DNA of 64,000 nt from an uncultured Dehalococcoidia bacterium (GTDB taxonomy: Bacteria; Chloroflexota; Dehalococcoidia; Lucifugimonadales; UBA826): the NCBI GenBank assembly GCA_964602845.1, contig CAZRSW010000002.1, positions 3,373-67,372 on the forward strand, given 5' to 3'. Made by a program: the position numbers and the translations under genes. Below are positions 18,682 through 28,718 of this stretch, piece after piece; the stretch's first letter is position 1, and every line of letters starts with the position of its first letter. The notes below the pieces were generated by a model. That model was not told where the DNA came from. It worked only from the letters and a program-made list of their open reading frames with translations, and ran no database searches.

Positions 18682-19932
18682 ATGGCAACAGAACTCAAGA
18701 TGCCACAGATGGGCTTCGACATGGTAGAAGGTACCCTCGTGCGCTGGCTTAAGGAAGAAGGCGCGGCAATTAGTAAAAATGAGGCTGTCGCTGAAATAGA
18801 AACGGACAAGGCTGTAGTAGAGTTTGAATCAGAATCCGCAGGTACACTGTTGAAGATTGTGGCACCTGAAGGAACCGTAGTACCTGTGGGCCAAACTATC
18901 GCCTTCGTTGGCGAAGCCGGGGATGTTGATTTAGACGCTATCAAATCATATGTTGAACCCAGCATATCTGATAATGAGGAAGCTGTGGCTTCTCAACCTG
19001 CAAAGATACAGCCAACACCACAGCATACAGAAACATCAGATCAGCAGAGAATACTGGCCACCCCAGTGGCTCGTCGTATTGCCGACGAACGGGGAATTAA
19101 ATTAGCTGACGTTACGGGCTCCGGCCCCGGAGGAAGAATCACCAAGAAAGATGTTGATGACTTTCAACCAAGTTCTGACTCACTAGCTACTGAAATTCAA
19201 TCAGAGCAAATACTGCCTGAACAGTCCAAAAGCCCGCCTAGTCCAACGCCTACAAAAAAGCCCCTCTCTAGGATGAGGCAGCAAATCGCCCGTGTAACAG
19301 TAAAAAGTAAAACAGAAAAACCACATTTCTATGTATCAGCAGAAATTGACATGACCCGGGCCATGACTTTGCGAAAGCAGATCAATGACCAACTCTCTGA
19401 AGAAGGGGTTCGGATTACGGTAAACGATCTAATTGTCAAAGCATGTATAGAATCACTCAAGAAATTTCCCAAGTTTAATGCTTATTATCAAGAAGATGGC
19501 ATCCAATTTAATGATACGATAAATATTGCTGTGGCAATCGCTGAAGAAGAAGGGTTGATAGTTCCCGCTATCCTCGACTGTGGAGACAAAACTATCCGAG
19601 ATTTGTCTCAAATGGTTAAAGATCTTGCCGAACGTTCGGCTACCGGAACATTAAACAACCAAGAATATACAGGAGGGACTTTCGCCATAAGCAACCTTGG
19701 CATGTTCGATGTGACTAGTTTCCTTGCAATTATCCACCCTCCTCAAAGCGCAGTGTTGGCAGTTGGTACCGTTGCAGACAAACCCGTGGTTAGAGATGGT
19801 GAGCTGGCAATCGCTAAGATCATGAACGCTACAATATCGGCAGACCATAGGATCGTTGATGGTGCAGAAGGAGCTGAATTCCTGATCGAAGTCAAGCGAC
19901 TACTTGAAAACCCAATGGGGTTAATAGTTTAA
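18682..19932 (+). CDS. pdhC: Dihydrolipoamide acyltransferase (E2), single lipoyl domain
   Basis: Lipoyl-lysine motif ETDKA, a Pro/Ser/Thr-rich linker, an E3-binding segment (ATPVARRIA) and the catalytic DHRIVDG motif. Confidence 0.9.
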   Translation: MATELKMPQMGFDMVEGTLVRWLKEEGAAISKNEAVAEIETDKAVVEFESESAGTLLKIVAPEGTVVPVGQTIAFVGEAGDVDLDAIKSYVEPSISDNEEAVASQPAKIQPTPQHTETSDQQRILATPVARRIADERGIKLADVTGSGPGGRITKKDVDDFQPSSDSLATEIQSEQILPEQSKSPPSPTPTKKPLSRMRQQIARVTVKSKTEKPHFYVSAEIDMTRAMTLRKQINDQLSEEGVRITVNDLIVKACIESLKKFPKFNAYYQEDGIQFNDTINIAVAIAEEEGLIVPAILDCGDKTIRDLSQMVKDLAERSATGTLNNQEYTGGTFAISNLGMFDVTSFLAIIHPPQSAVLAVGTVADKPVVRDGELAIAKIMNATISADHRIVDGAEGAEFLIEVKRLLENPMGLIV

Positions 19933-19946
19933 CGGTTCATTTAATT

Positions 19947-21182
19947 TCAGGGCAATCGGCGAACTTTCACCAAGGAAAAAGAACTTACCACCCCAGCTGA
20001 TGCTAAAACTACGCCATTGAAAAGCAACGCGACTGGTGCTCCAAAAAAACCCGCAATAGCACCTATTCCCAGATGACCAATTGGTGCGGTCCCAATACTG
20101 AGAACCCACGCCCCCATGGCTCTGCCGCGATGCCTATTCGGTACATTATCCTGCATTAGAGTCTTATAGAGCGTATCAACCGCCATCGCGCAGGCGTTCA
20201 CAAACAGCAACACAATGGCAAAAAAAACAACCCGATCAACAGAAAAGAATAATACCTGACCCAGTCCGAAGCAGATTGTAATTGCAAACATGAGTTTGCC
20301 TTTGCCTCGATAATCACCCAAAGAAGCGAGAGCAGCCAGGCCCAGAAAACCTCCTAACTGCCTGACAGCAGTGAGGACGCCCAACACACCAGCACCAACA
20401 CCCAACACGTCCTTTGCAAATACAGGAACAAGGCTCATATGAGTAAATCCAAAAATTTCGGTCGTTGCGGCAAGGCACATAAGTATGAACAGGACAGGAT
20501 AACTCTTTAGCAAACTGACATATCCAAGCAAATTTGAAAGTACCGATGACCTGTCCATGGAAGCGACTTGACCAGATTCACGTGCTCCAAATAAAACCAG
20601 AACGGAAAGGAAATAGGTTCCACCAACAACAACAAATTGCCACCCAACACCAATATTCTCAATTAAAAATCCAGCAATCAGTGATCCAAAAACCGCACCT
20701 CCTTGTGAAGCAATTTGTAACATAGACAACCCGTTGAGAGAATTATTTGGACCTACTATGTCATAGGTATAGGATTGCCTGAGAGTCAGGAGGAAAGCAA
20801 ATGACACACCAATTAATGTTGCCAATGCTATCACCATCCAAACACTGTCCATACCTGAAATCAAAAGGCCTCCGAGGACGATCATGTTAATTGCGCCACA
20901 AAGAGTTGCGATTCTTAACAAAATCCTTCTATCTACCTTGTCCGCGATAGCACCCGAAACTGTTCCTAGGAGAAAAAGTGGGATCATCCTTAGCCCCGCA
21001 GCCACTCCAACCATAAATGCGTCTCCCGTTAACTCATAAACGAGCCAGCCCAAAGCAACACTATCCATTCCGAATCCCGTAGATTGGCAAGCAGTAGCCG
21101 CCCACAAGAATCTGAAATCTCTATATGCTAACGCCGATCCCCATCTTTTCTTGGCAGAATAACTCAACAACGCTATTTCCAA
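19947..21182 (-). CDS. MFS transporter
   Basis: About 12 hydrophobic helices, the DKVDRR loop between TM2 and TM3, and typical MFS length. Confidence 0.85.
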   Translation of the reverse strand: MEIALLSYSAKKRWGSALAYRDFRFLWAATACQSTGFGMDSVALGWLVYELTGDAFMVGVAAGLRMIPLFLLGTVSGAIADKVDRRILLRIATLCGAINMIVLGGLLISGMDSVWMVIALATLIGVSFAFLLTLRQSYTYDIVGPNNSLNGLSMLQIASQGGAVFGSLIAGFLIENIGVGWQFVVVGGTYFLSVLVLFGARESGQVASMDRSSVLSNLLGYVSLLKSYPVLFILMCLAATTEIFGFTHMSLVPVFAKDVLGVGAGVLGVLTAVRQLGGFLGLAALASLGDYRGKGKLMFAITICFGLGQVLFFSVDRVVFFAIVLLFVNACAMAVDTLYKTLMQDNVPNRHRGRAMGAWVLSIGTAPIGHLGIGAIAGFFGAPVALLFNGVVLASAGVVSSFSLVKVRRLP

Positions 21183-21396
21183 ACAAATTGGGTCTGGCTA
21201 AGGTGAGTCTCTAAGATCCCAGTCTCATAAGTCATAACTAATCCTCTCCCGAGTAAGACAAAGTAATATTAATAACGTGGAGCAATTCTGCGACCGGTGA
21301 GTCCAACTGTCAATGCGATATATTGGCTTCTGCCGGGGTGGCTCGCTAGCATAAATATGTTCTAATTAGATCTAACTCAATCCACAGGAGTACTTT

Positions 21397-22359
21397 ATGA
21401 TCAACTCTAACGAAGATTCATCAATCCAAGGTTATGGACACATCTTTTCACGAAACCCCATAGACAGGGGCGACAGAGAAAGAAGAGACGAGAACACGCT
21501 TTCCAGTATGAGGAAGTTAGCCGACAGCTTGTTTCTGCCAATAAGAAATTTAGATCTACTTGTGGACACTTCGGAAAAAGATGGCCCCCATAAGCTCAAA
21601 TGGATTACGTTAAAAGAACTTCAAGAAAGAAATATTACAAGTACTCCAATCTTTCTAGGCCTTCTTGACGGCATATACAGATTTGTCATTGATGTAACTG
21701 GGGAACATTTTCAAGATCAGTCACTGAATACTATGAACAGTCATCTGCGATTCATCAATGTCAGGACTTGCGGTGAAGTACTGACTCCGGAAGATGCTGG
21801 AATAGCTGCCCAGGCCCGTATGCAAACGCACTGGCATCAACAATACAAATACTGCTCATCGTGTGGATCAGCAACATCAATCGGACGGGGAGGACAGGTA
21901 AGAAACTGCGGAACATGTAAGACCCAACATTTTCCAAGAACAGATCCCGTAATCATCGTCGTTGTATATGACAAAGACAGGTGTTTGCTAGGGCAATCGA
22001 GAGGACGGCTGCAACAAACTAACACATACTCTGCCTTAGCTGGCTTTGTGGATCAGGGTGAGTCAATAGAAGAGGCTGTCGCTCGAGAAGTAAAGGAGGA
22101 GGCAGGGATAAAAGTAAAAAACGTTCATTATCATTCTTCCCAACCATGGCCATTACCATATTCACTGATGATAGGTTGTCATGCGGAGGCCCTAACAACT
22201 GAAATCAATATGGACCTTGAAGAAATGACCGATGTGAAATGGTTTTCAAGAGACGAAGTATTAGAATCATTGGATGGAAAAACTGATGTTCTTAGGATCC
22301 CAATGAAACTTGCAATTGCACACCACTTGATAAGATCGTGGGCACATAATGAAATCTAA
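21397..22359 (+). CDS. nudC: NAD(+) diphosphatase (NADH pyrophosphatase)
   Basis: Zinc ribbon CSSCG-x14-CGTC followed by the Nudix box GFVDQGESIEEAVAREVKEEAGI and the downstream SQPWPLP motif typical of NudC. Confidence 0.85.
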   Translation: MINSNEDSSIQGYGHIFSRNPIDRGDRERRDENTLSSMRKLADSLFLPIRNLDLLVDTSEKDGPHKLKWITLKELQERNITSTPIFLGLLDGIYRFVIDVTGEHFQDQSLNTMNSHLRFINVRTCGEVLTPEDAGIAAQARMQTHWHQQYKYCSSCGSATSIGRGGQVRNCGTCKTQHFPRTDPVIIVVVYDKDRCLLGQSRGRLQQTNTYSALAGFVDQGESIEEAVAREVKEEAGIKVKNVHYHSSQPWPLPYSLMIGCHAEALTTEINMDLEEMTDVKWFSRDEVLESLDGKTDVLRIPMKLAIAHHLIRSWAHNEI

Positions 22360-23678
22360 ACGACGGACATATCCTCGTTACCCCTTGTCTGAGAAATTGG
22401 CGGGAAAGCGAGTAAGGCAAAACCCAATGCAGCTACTGGCAACACCATGAGAATCCACAGAGCTATGTCATACGTGCCTGTCCAATCGTAAATCAACCCA
22501 AACGGTAAGGCACCCATGGCGGAAAAACCTACCATTACAGTTGCCGCAAATCCCCTTATAGAACCAAGATAAGTTCGTCCAAAATAGTTTGCCCAAATCA
22601 CCGTTCCTGCATTATTAACAATACCCACCGAGGTAGCAGCAATCACCACATATACAATTGCCTGCCACGGAGAACTTATAATAAAAAACCAAAGCATGGC
22701 TATCGCCAAAGTGACCTGCCCCAGTGCTAAGAGAAATCTCCCCGGAAATCGATCAACAAGTATGCCCGCTAAGACACTGGCTATTAGTACCAACGGACCA
22801 AATAATCCCAACGTGGCAGCAGCCATACCAGAAGATATTCCCTGTGATCCCAATAATGAAACATGGTGAAACATTAGGCCAGTCATGACCAGCGGCATCG
22901 CGATGCTGGAAAAAGTGAGCATCCACAGTGACCGGGTTCGTAGAGCCTGGCTAAGTGTATAACTCACCTCGTCATTATCTACAGATAAATTTACAAAAGG
23001 ACTTCGATCCTTTGTTTTCACAGTGGTTCGTATACCATCCGGCAACAGTCCAACAGACTCCGGGTTTCGCCGTAACAAGAATATCGAAGGCACAAGCAAA
23101 ATACACCATACCGTGATTCCTAGAATCGCCCATGTGACTCGCCAGTCAAATTGCACAATCAAGAAGTGTACAAGAACCGGGAATACCCCCATACCTGCCG
23201 CCCCCCCGAAAGAGGCAACAGCTGTCGCTTTTCCCCGCATTTTAATAAACCAGGTCCCTATCATGGCTGATGAAACGAGACTAAATGAACCTTGCCCAAT
23301 TGTCCTAAGCGCAGCAAAACCTAAGAATAACTGCCATCCTGTCTTCACTCCACTCATCCAGATAGCAGCAATTCCCATAGAAACACACAATACGACCATG
23401 GTTTTCCGCGACCCAAATCTATCTAATGCTTTCCCAACCACAATCATCAAAGCAGCAGCGGATAGTGAAGCAAGTGTATAGGTACCGGAAAATAAGGTGC
23501 GCGACCAATTCATTTCTTGGATCATCGGTTCTAGAAAAACAGAGGACACATAAGTTTGACCTGGGGCGGACGCAAAATGTGTCACTCCGGCCACGGCAAC
23601 AATGACCCAGCCATAGTAGAATGGGAACGCTTTTATCCACCTTGAGGTGTCTGGGAGGTTATATTCTCGTATTTTCAT
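22356..23678 (-). CDS. MFS transporter (oxalate/formate antiporter-like)
   Basis: A 12-TM profile with a central hydrophilic loop. It converges on nudC with a 4-nt overlap. Confidence 0.85.
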   Translation of the reverse strand: MKIREYNLPDTSRWIKAFPFYYGWVIVAVAGVTHFASAPGQTYVSSVFLEPMIQEMNWSRTLFSGTYTLASLSAAALMIVVGKALDRFGSRKTMVVLCVSMGIAAIWMSGVKTGWQLFLGFAALRTIGQGSFSLVSSAMIGTWFIKMRGKATAVASFGGAAGMGVFPVLVHFLIVQFDWRVTWAILGITVWCILLVPSIFLLRRNPESVGLLPDGIRTTVKTKDRSPFVNLSVDNDEVSYTLSQALRTRSLWMLTFSSIAMPLVMTGLMFHHVSLLGSQGISSGMAAATLGLFGPLVLIASVLAGILVDRFPGRFLLALGQVTLAIAMLWFFIISSPWQAIVYVVIAATSVGIVNNAGTVIWANYFGRTYLGSIRGFAATVMVGFSAMGALPFGLIYDWTGTYDIALWILMVLPVAALGFALLAFPPISQTRGNEDMSVV

Positions 23679-23817
23679 AAATGATCTACCTAGGATATTT
23701 AATCATGACCCCTTACAAAGTACTTCCTCAGCATAGAACTTATTTTGAAAGACAATCGACCATAAAATTTCCCAACCAGTATAAAATACGGGTAATTCCA
23801 CCCACGAGGAGCCACCG

Positions 23818-25002
23818 ATGAAAATTACAGACTTGAAAAGCTATGTCATCCAGATGGATTGGGACGATCGCCCCGGAGGCAAGGAACCTAGGAATATTAT
23901 ACCCCGCGAGTTCATCTTCGTTCAGATAGATACCGACGAAGGCATAACGGGCTGGGGAGAAATCACAAATTATCCGGGTGGTGTTGGAAATCGTGCCATA
24001 CAGCGCTATACCGTTGAATTAAAAGATTTCCTCATTGGAAAAGATCCAAGTCGTATCGAAGATATTTGGGCAAGAACTTTCCGGCTTTTCACCTACACTG
24101 GCACCCGAGGAGCTACCACAGCAGCAATGAGCGGGATAGACATCGCCCTGTGGGACATTCTTGGAAAATCTTTGGGTCAACCTATATATAAACTTCTTGG
24201 CGGCAAAGTCCGGGAGACCATACCGCTCTATACGCATCCTCCAGAACCTGGATTGGATATTGAGCTTGCCAGGAAGGACGCAATGGAAATAGTGGCTTCA
24301 GGTCATACCGCTTTCAAAATGGATCCAATGATGCATTCCCTCGATGGGGGCAACATAGGCTTTCTGGACGGGGGAATTTCAGTGGAAGGAGCTGAGAGAG
24401 CCGAACAAATTACAGCTGAAGTAAGAGATGCAGTCGGTCCTAACATAGAAATTCTCATCGACGCCCACGGTCGATTCAACGTTCCTACAGCTATTGAATT
24501 GGCAAATCGCCTGGAACCTTACGGCATACACTGGTTTGAAGAACCAGTGCCCGTAGAAAGTTATCACGCCCTACAACAAGTGCGTGAGAGTACGGGAGTG
24601 CGCATAAGCGTCGGGGAAAGATTACATACACGTTTCGAGTTTATACCGATCTTTGAAAATAATCTTGCTGATTACGTTATGCCTGACGTCACTTGGACAG
24701 GTGGGATAACAGAACTGAAAAAAATATCTACTATGGCAGAGGCCTATTACATACCAGTATCACCACATGACGCCAGCGGGCCCATAAATATAATGGCTGG
24801 CGCACATGTATCAGCAACTATCCCAAATTTCTACAAATTAGAAACGATTAGATACGATTTAAGCGGATACAATCGCCTCATCGACAGGCCTCTCGATATC
24901 AGAGAAGGAAATCTCTTTCTGTCCGACCAACCAGGCCTTGGTATCAACCTGGATCAAGAGTTCTTGAGGGCTCACTCTCTTTCGGGATATGGCGACACCT
25001 GA
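23818..25002 (+). CDS. Enolase-superfamily enzyme (mandelate racemase/muconate lactonizing family, acid-sugar dehydratase-like)
   Basis: N-terminal MKITDLKSYVI..., GWGE, metal-ligand regions IDAHG / FEEP / GER, and length typical of D-galactonate-dehydratase-like members. Confidence 0.85.
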   Translation: MKITDLKSYVIQMDWDDRPGGKEPRNIIPREFIFVQIDTDEGITGWGEITNYPGGVGNRAIQRYTVELKDFLIGKDPSRIEDIWARTFRLFTYTGTRGATTAAMSGIDIALWDILGKSLGQPIYKLLGGKVRETIPLYTHPPEPGLDIELARKDAMEIVASGHTAFKMDPMMHSLDGGNIGFLDGGISVEGAERAEQITAEVRDAVGPNIEILIDAHGRFNVPTAIELANRLEPYGIHWFEEPVPVESYHALQQVRESTGVRISVGERLHTRFEFIPIFENNLADYVMPDVTWTGGITELKKISTMAEAYYIPVSPHDASGPINIMAGAHVSATIPNFYKLETIRYDLSGYNRLIDRPLDIREGNLFLSDQPGLGINLDQEFLRAHSLSGYGDT

Positions 25003-25108
25003 ATCTAAAACGGACTCCCAATTACACGCATTGACGATACTCGAAGTTTCTCGCAGCTCAGAGTATATTCAATGATCTGCGTTGGCTAAATAAGACACTA
25101 GGAGGATC

Positions 25109-25921
25109 TTATGAGATACCCAAGGATCTCATAGCCGATTTTCTAAAAATATCCATTCTCGTATCACTAGATCCCATCAATAGTTCAGGTTCAATGTTCG
25201 TTATCGAAACTCTGTTGTTTTTTATCGACCATACATCTGTGCCTTCTACAATCTCCGAGTCCACGAGTTTATTATGGTGTATCCAATAATATGATCTACG
25301 TCCCTTTTGTATTTTCTCAACATTTTCTAAAAATGCCTTCCTTCCCAGCACCGTGGAATCTACACCCTGTATAACTTCAGTATCACACGCAGGCAAGTTG
25401 ACATTTAACAGCACCGACTGCTCAGTTCTCAAACTGGCCACAGACTGAGCGAGGCCAGCCCCAATGAGCGCGGCTGGTTCGTATTTAATCTCGTCTGTGT
25501 AATAAACCGATAGGGCAATCGCATTAATGCCACGGAAATAACCATGCATAGCAGCCCCAAAGGTACCCGAATTAAACACATCGATCCCCATGTTCGCTCC
25601 CTGATTGATCCCGGAAACAACCAGATCAAAGGGTTCATCAACAATCTGCTCGGTAGCTATTATCACACAGTCAGCCGGAGTACCATCAACTGCAAATACT
25701 CTACCAATATTGGGGATTCTGGGAGGTATCTCCTCGACTAATAGTGGTCTTAAAAGTGTCATCGCGGAAGCCATTCCACTCTGATCCCGATCAGGAGCCA
25801 CAATTGTTAAATCGCCAACTTCTTTTAAGGCGTTGGCTACAGCCCAAAGACCTGGTGATTGTATCCCATCATCGTTTGTAAGCAAGATTCTCAAATTGAA
25901 CTCCCTTGATTCACGAATCAT
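25109..25921 (-). CDS. surE: 5'/3'-nucleotidase SurE
   Basis: ILLTNDDGIQSPGL N-terminal motif, SGINQGANMG and length 270 aa. Confidence 0.9.
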   Translation of the reverse strand: MIRESREFNLRILLTNDDGIQSPGLWAVANALKEVGDLTIVAPDRDQSGMASAMTLLRPLLVEEIPPRIPNIGRVFAVDGTPADCVIIATEQIVDEPFDLVVSGINQGANMGIDVFNSGTFGAAMHGYFRGINAIALSVYYTDEIKYEPAALIGAGLAQSVASLRTEQSVLLNVNLPACDTEVIQGVDSTVLGRKAFLENVEKIQKGRRSYYWIHHNKLVDSEIVEGTDVWSIKNNRVSITNIEPELLMGSSDTRMDIFRKSAMRSLGIS

Positions 25922-26135
25922 CCGCTCAACTATCTGCGAGAAATTCCGGCACCTACTCTATAGATACGCCGAAGAAACGGCTGCCCTTAAACAACCTCTC
26001 TCAAGTTAAAAATACTGGAGATTCTAAACATCACTCACATACTCTATAACCCTTAAATCAAACTCCATCCATCTTATAACGTGTACCAGCCCATACACTA
26101 TGAGAGTGTCCGATCACTTTATGACATATGCTAAC

Positions 26136-26969
26136 TCACTCTAAAGAAATATTATCAATCAGGCGCGTTTTTCCAATCCTAGCAGCTATAGCCACTACTG
26201 AACCCGCCGTCGCAGATTTGACCTCTTTCATGCTTTGGGGATCTGCTATGCTCACATAATCTATTGACAAAAGCGGGCTTAACTCTAGCATTGATTTTGT
26301 GTGTGACTTAAGTCTATTAGAATTTTTTTCTCCAGACCTCCACATTTCTAGAACATGAAACAATGAACGGCTTATAAATAACGCCGCCTCCCTTTCACTC
26401 GACGCTAGATAGACATTCCTGCTACTTATGGCCAATCCATCATCATCTCTGACTGTAGGAACAACTACAACTTCTATCCCTAGGTTAAGATCGACGTTGA
26501 GGCGATTCACCACAGCACATTGCTGTATATCCTTCTGGCCAAAATACGCCCTGTCCGGCCGACAAATGCAGAAAAGCTTGCAAACCACGGTAGCTACTCC
26601 TTGGAAGTGACCAGGACGATACTTTCCTTCTAATGGTGCCGCAACTGCCCCCACATTTATGGTCGTGTCAAATCCATCGGGATATATCTCCTCGACCGAT
26701 GGCATGAAAACAAAATCTACTCCTTCACTATCTAATAACTCAATATCAGCCTCAGGATCTCGGGGATATTCTTCAAAATCCTCAGCAGGCGAGAATTGTC
26801 GGGGGTTGACAAATATAGTCGCTGTCACAGAAGCATTACCTAATCTGGCTTCTTGTACGATGTTCCTATGACCTTCATGAAGAAAACCCATGGTTGGAAC
26901 CAAGCCAGAGGGCCTTGCAATTGATCCCAATAAACCTCGATATTCTCTGATACTATCGATGACTTTCAT
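26136..26969 (-). CDS. panC: Pantoate--beta-alanine ligase
   Basis: VPTMGFLHEGH (HIGH-type motif) and FGQKD. It overlaps the panB stop by 4 nt. Confidence 0.95.
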   Translation of the reverse strand: MKVIDSIREYRGLLGSIARPSGLVPTMGFLHEGHRNIVQEARLGNASVTATIFVNPRQFSPAEDFEEYPRDPEADIELLDSEGVDFVFMPSVEEIYPDGFDTTINVGAVAAPLEGKYRPGHFQGVATVVCKLFCICRPDRAYFGQKDIQQCAVVNRLNVDLNLGIEVVVVPTVRDDDGLAISSRNVYLASSEREAALFISRSLFHVLEMWRSGEKNSNRLKSHTKSMLELSPLLSIDYVSIADPQSMKEVKSATAGSVVAIAARIGKTRLIDNISLE

Positions 26970-27832
26970 TTCGAAAGCCCTGTTGTGAGACTAATGGCCT
27001 CCTCCAAGACATCAACCTTCATACTAAAACTTTCATCAGAAGATGGGAATGCCCCCATTTCCACATCGGCAACATATCTCTTCAACGAATTAGCCATAAC
27101 ATCAAACAATTCGGCATATCGGCGAGTATGCTTAGGTATAAAGTCTATATATAAACCGAGAATGTCATGAAAAACTTGTACTTGCCCGTCACAACCAGAT
27201 CCAGCACCAATACCAATCGTGGGAATATCCAGTTGATTTGTTACAGCCTCTGCTAATTCTCTAGGCACAAGCTCCAAGACCACGGCATAAGCTCCAGCCT
27301 GCTGTAACGCGATTGCATCCTCCAATACTCTTTTTGCCCCATCCACCTCTCGTCCCTGTACTTTATACCCTCCCAGCTGATTAACTGATTGAGGAGTTAG
27401 CCCTATATGCCCCATAACTGGCACACCTGCTTCAACTATCTTGCGAATAGTGTCTGCTAATTCCTGCCCACCCTCCAATTTTACTGATTGGCATCCTCCA
27501 TCTTTGAGCAACCTACCGGCATTCCTGACAGCATCCTCAGTGCTTATTTGATAGCTCATGAATGGAAGGTCCCCTACGATATGAGCCTGTTCTGTTCCTC
27601 TCACAACCATACCAATGTGACGAATCATGTCGTCCATAGTTACAGGCACGGTGGAGTCGTACCCTAGTACTACTTGGCCAAGGCTGTCTCCTACCAGGAC
27701 CATCGGTATGCCCGCATGTTGAACTACTAGAGCAGAGGTGTAATCATAGGCGGTGACCATAGGTATTTTAACGTCATCATGTTTCATCCTAAGTAAGTCA
27801 GTGATTGAAAATCTCATCAGTTCACCCCACAC
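26966..27832 (-). CDS. panB: 3-methyl-2-oxobutanoate hydroxymethyltransferase
   Basis: MVTAYDY, VGDSLG, KLEGG and GHIGLTPQS motifs. Confidence 0.95.
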   Translation of the reverse strand: MWGELMRFSITDLLRMKHDDVKIPMVTAYDYTSALVVQHAGIPMVLVGDSLGQVVLGYDSTVPVTMDDMIRHIGMVVRGTEQAHIVGDLPFMSYQISTEDAVRNAGRLLKDGGCQSVKLEGGQELADTIRKIVEAGVPVMGHIGLTPQSVNQLGGYKVQGREVDGAKRVLEDAIALQQAGAYAVVLELVPRELAEAVTNQLDIPTIGIGAGSGCDGQVQVFHDILGLYIDFIPKHTRRYAELFDVMANSLKRYVADVEMGAFPSSDESFSMKVDVLEEAISLTTGLSK

Positions 27833-27834
27833 TC

Positions 27835-28716
27835 CTAATTAACAGTTGCCTTTAATAAACGCCTGATCTCAGCGGTAGATTCGAGATCTATACCTTGCTT
27901 CTCTTCAGCGAAGTTTAATCCCATCAAAGCAAGCTCACAATAGAGTGAAATCAAATCGGGCTTTTGAATAGATAACGCATGTAAATGAGCTTTAATGGTG
28001 CCTATATCTCCCCTGACAAATGGCCCCCCAATAGCGTCAGGCAATCCCGCACTTTCTAAATTGTCTGAAACTTGATTCATCATTGGTAATAGGGCTTCCA
28101 GACCGTCAATACGGCTAAGGCCGATATGTTCCCACAGTTGAGCACAGATAGCCACATACTCCGTAAGAAGATTCCCCATCATCACTGCCGACAAATGGTA
28201 TAAAACCTTGTTCTCGGCACTGATAAATACATAACGAGCCTTAAGATCCTTCGCCATTTCAGAAAGGAAGGACCTCATCGTTCTGGAGCCTTCTATAGCA
28301 AAGGTAATGCCCGCAATACTAGACGCTCCTTTCTCTGCTGAATAGAAAGCTTGGAGCGGATGGAACGCCCCTGGTGAAGCCCCATTTAGAGTGGCTGCGG
28401 TTAAAACGTTTAATGATTTAGCTCCAGAGCAATGTATTACTGCATGATGAGATGCCCATGAGATCGACTCAACAACTCGACATACGGCATCGTCTGGAGT
28501 GGTTACAAAAACAACTTCCACCGCGTCAACGGCTTCCTGTATATCACTATATGCCACACAACCTTCCACTAGAGAGCTAAGATATTCTGCAGAGCTAATA
28601 CTTCTACTGGCTGCAGCACTTATCCGATAACCTGCCTTCGACAACGCTACTGCAATGGAACCCCCCACCGAGCCACTACCTATTATTCCTATTTTAGAAG
28701 TACGATCAAACGTCAT
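27835..28716 (-). CDS. Rossmann-fold / DUF2520 protein, probable PanG-type ketopantoate reductase
   Basis: N-terminal GIIGSGSVGGS dinucleotide fold. The C-terminal GGPFVRGDIGTIKAHLHAL matches the DUF2520 hallmark (GP..RGD..T...HL.AL). It is embedded in the pan operon with 2-nt gaps on both sides. Confidence 0.6.
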   Translation of the reverse strand: MTFDRTSKIGIIGSGSVGGSIAVALSKAGYRISAAASRSISSAEYLSSLVEGCVAYSDIQEAVDAVEVVFVTTPDDAVCRVVESISWASHHAVIHCSGAKSLNVLTAATLNGASPGAFHPLQAFYSAEKGASSIAGITFAIEGSRTMRSFLSEMAKDLKARYVFISAENKVLYHLSAVMMGNLLTEYVAICAQLWEHIGLSRIDGLEALLPMMNQVSDNLESAGLPDAIGGPFVRGDIGTIKAHLHALSIQKPDLISLYCELALMGLNFAEEKQGIDLESTAEIRRLLKATVN

Positions 28717-28718
28717 AG

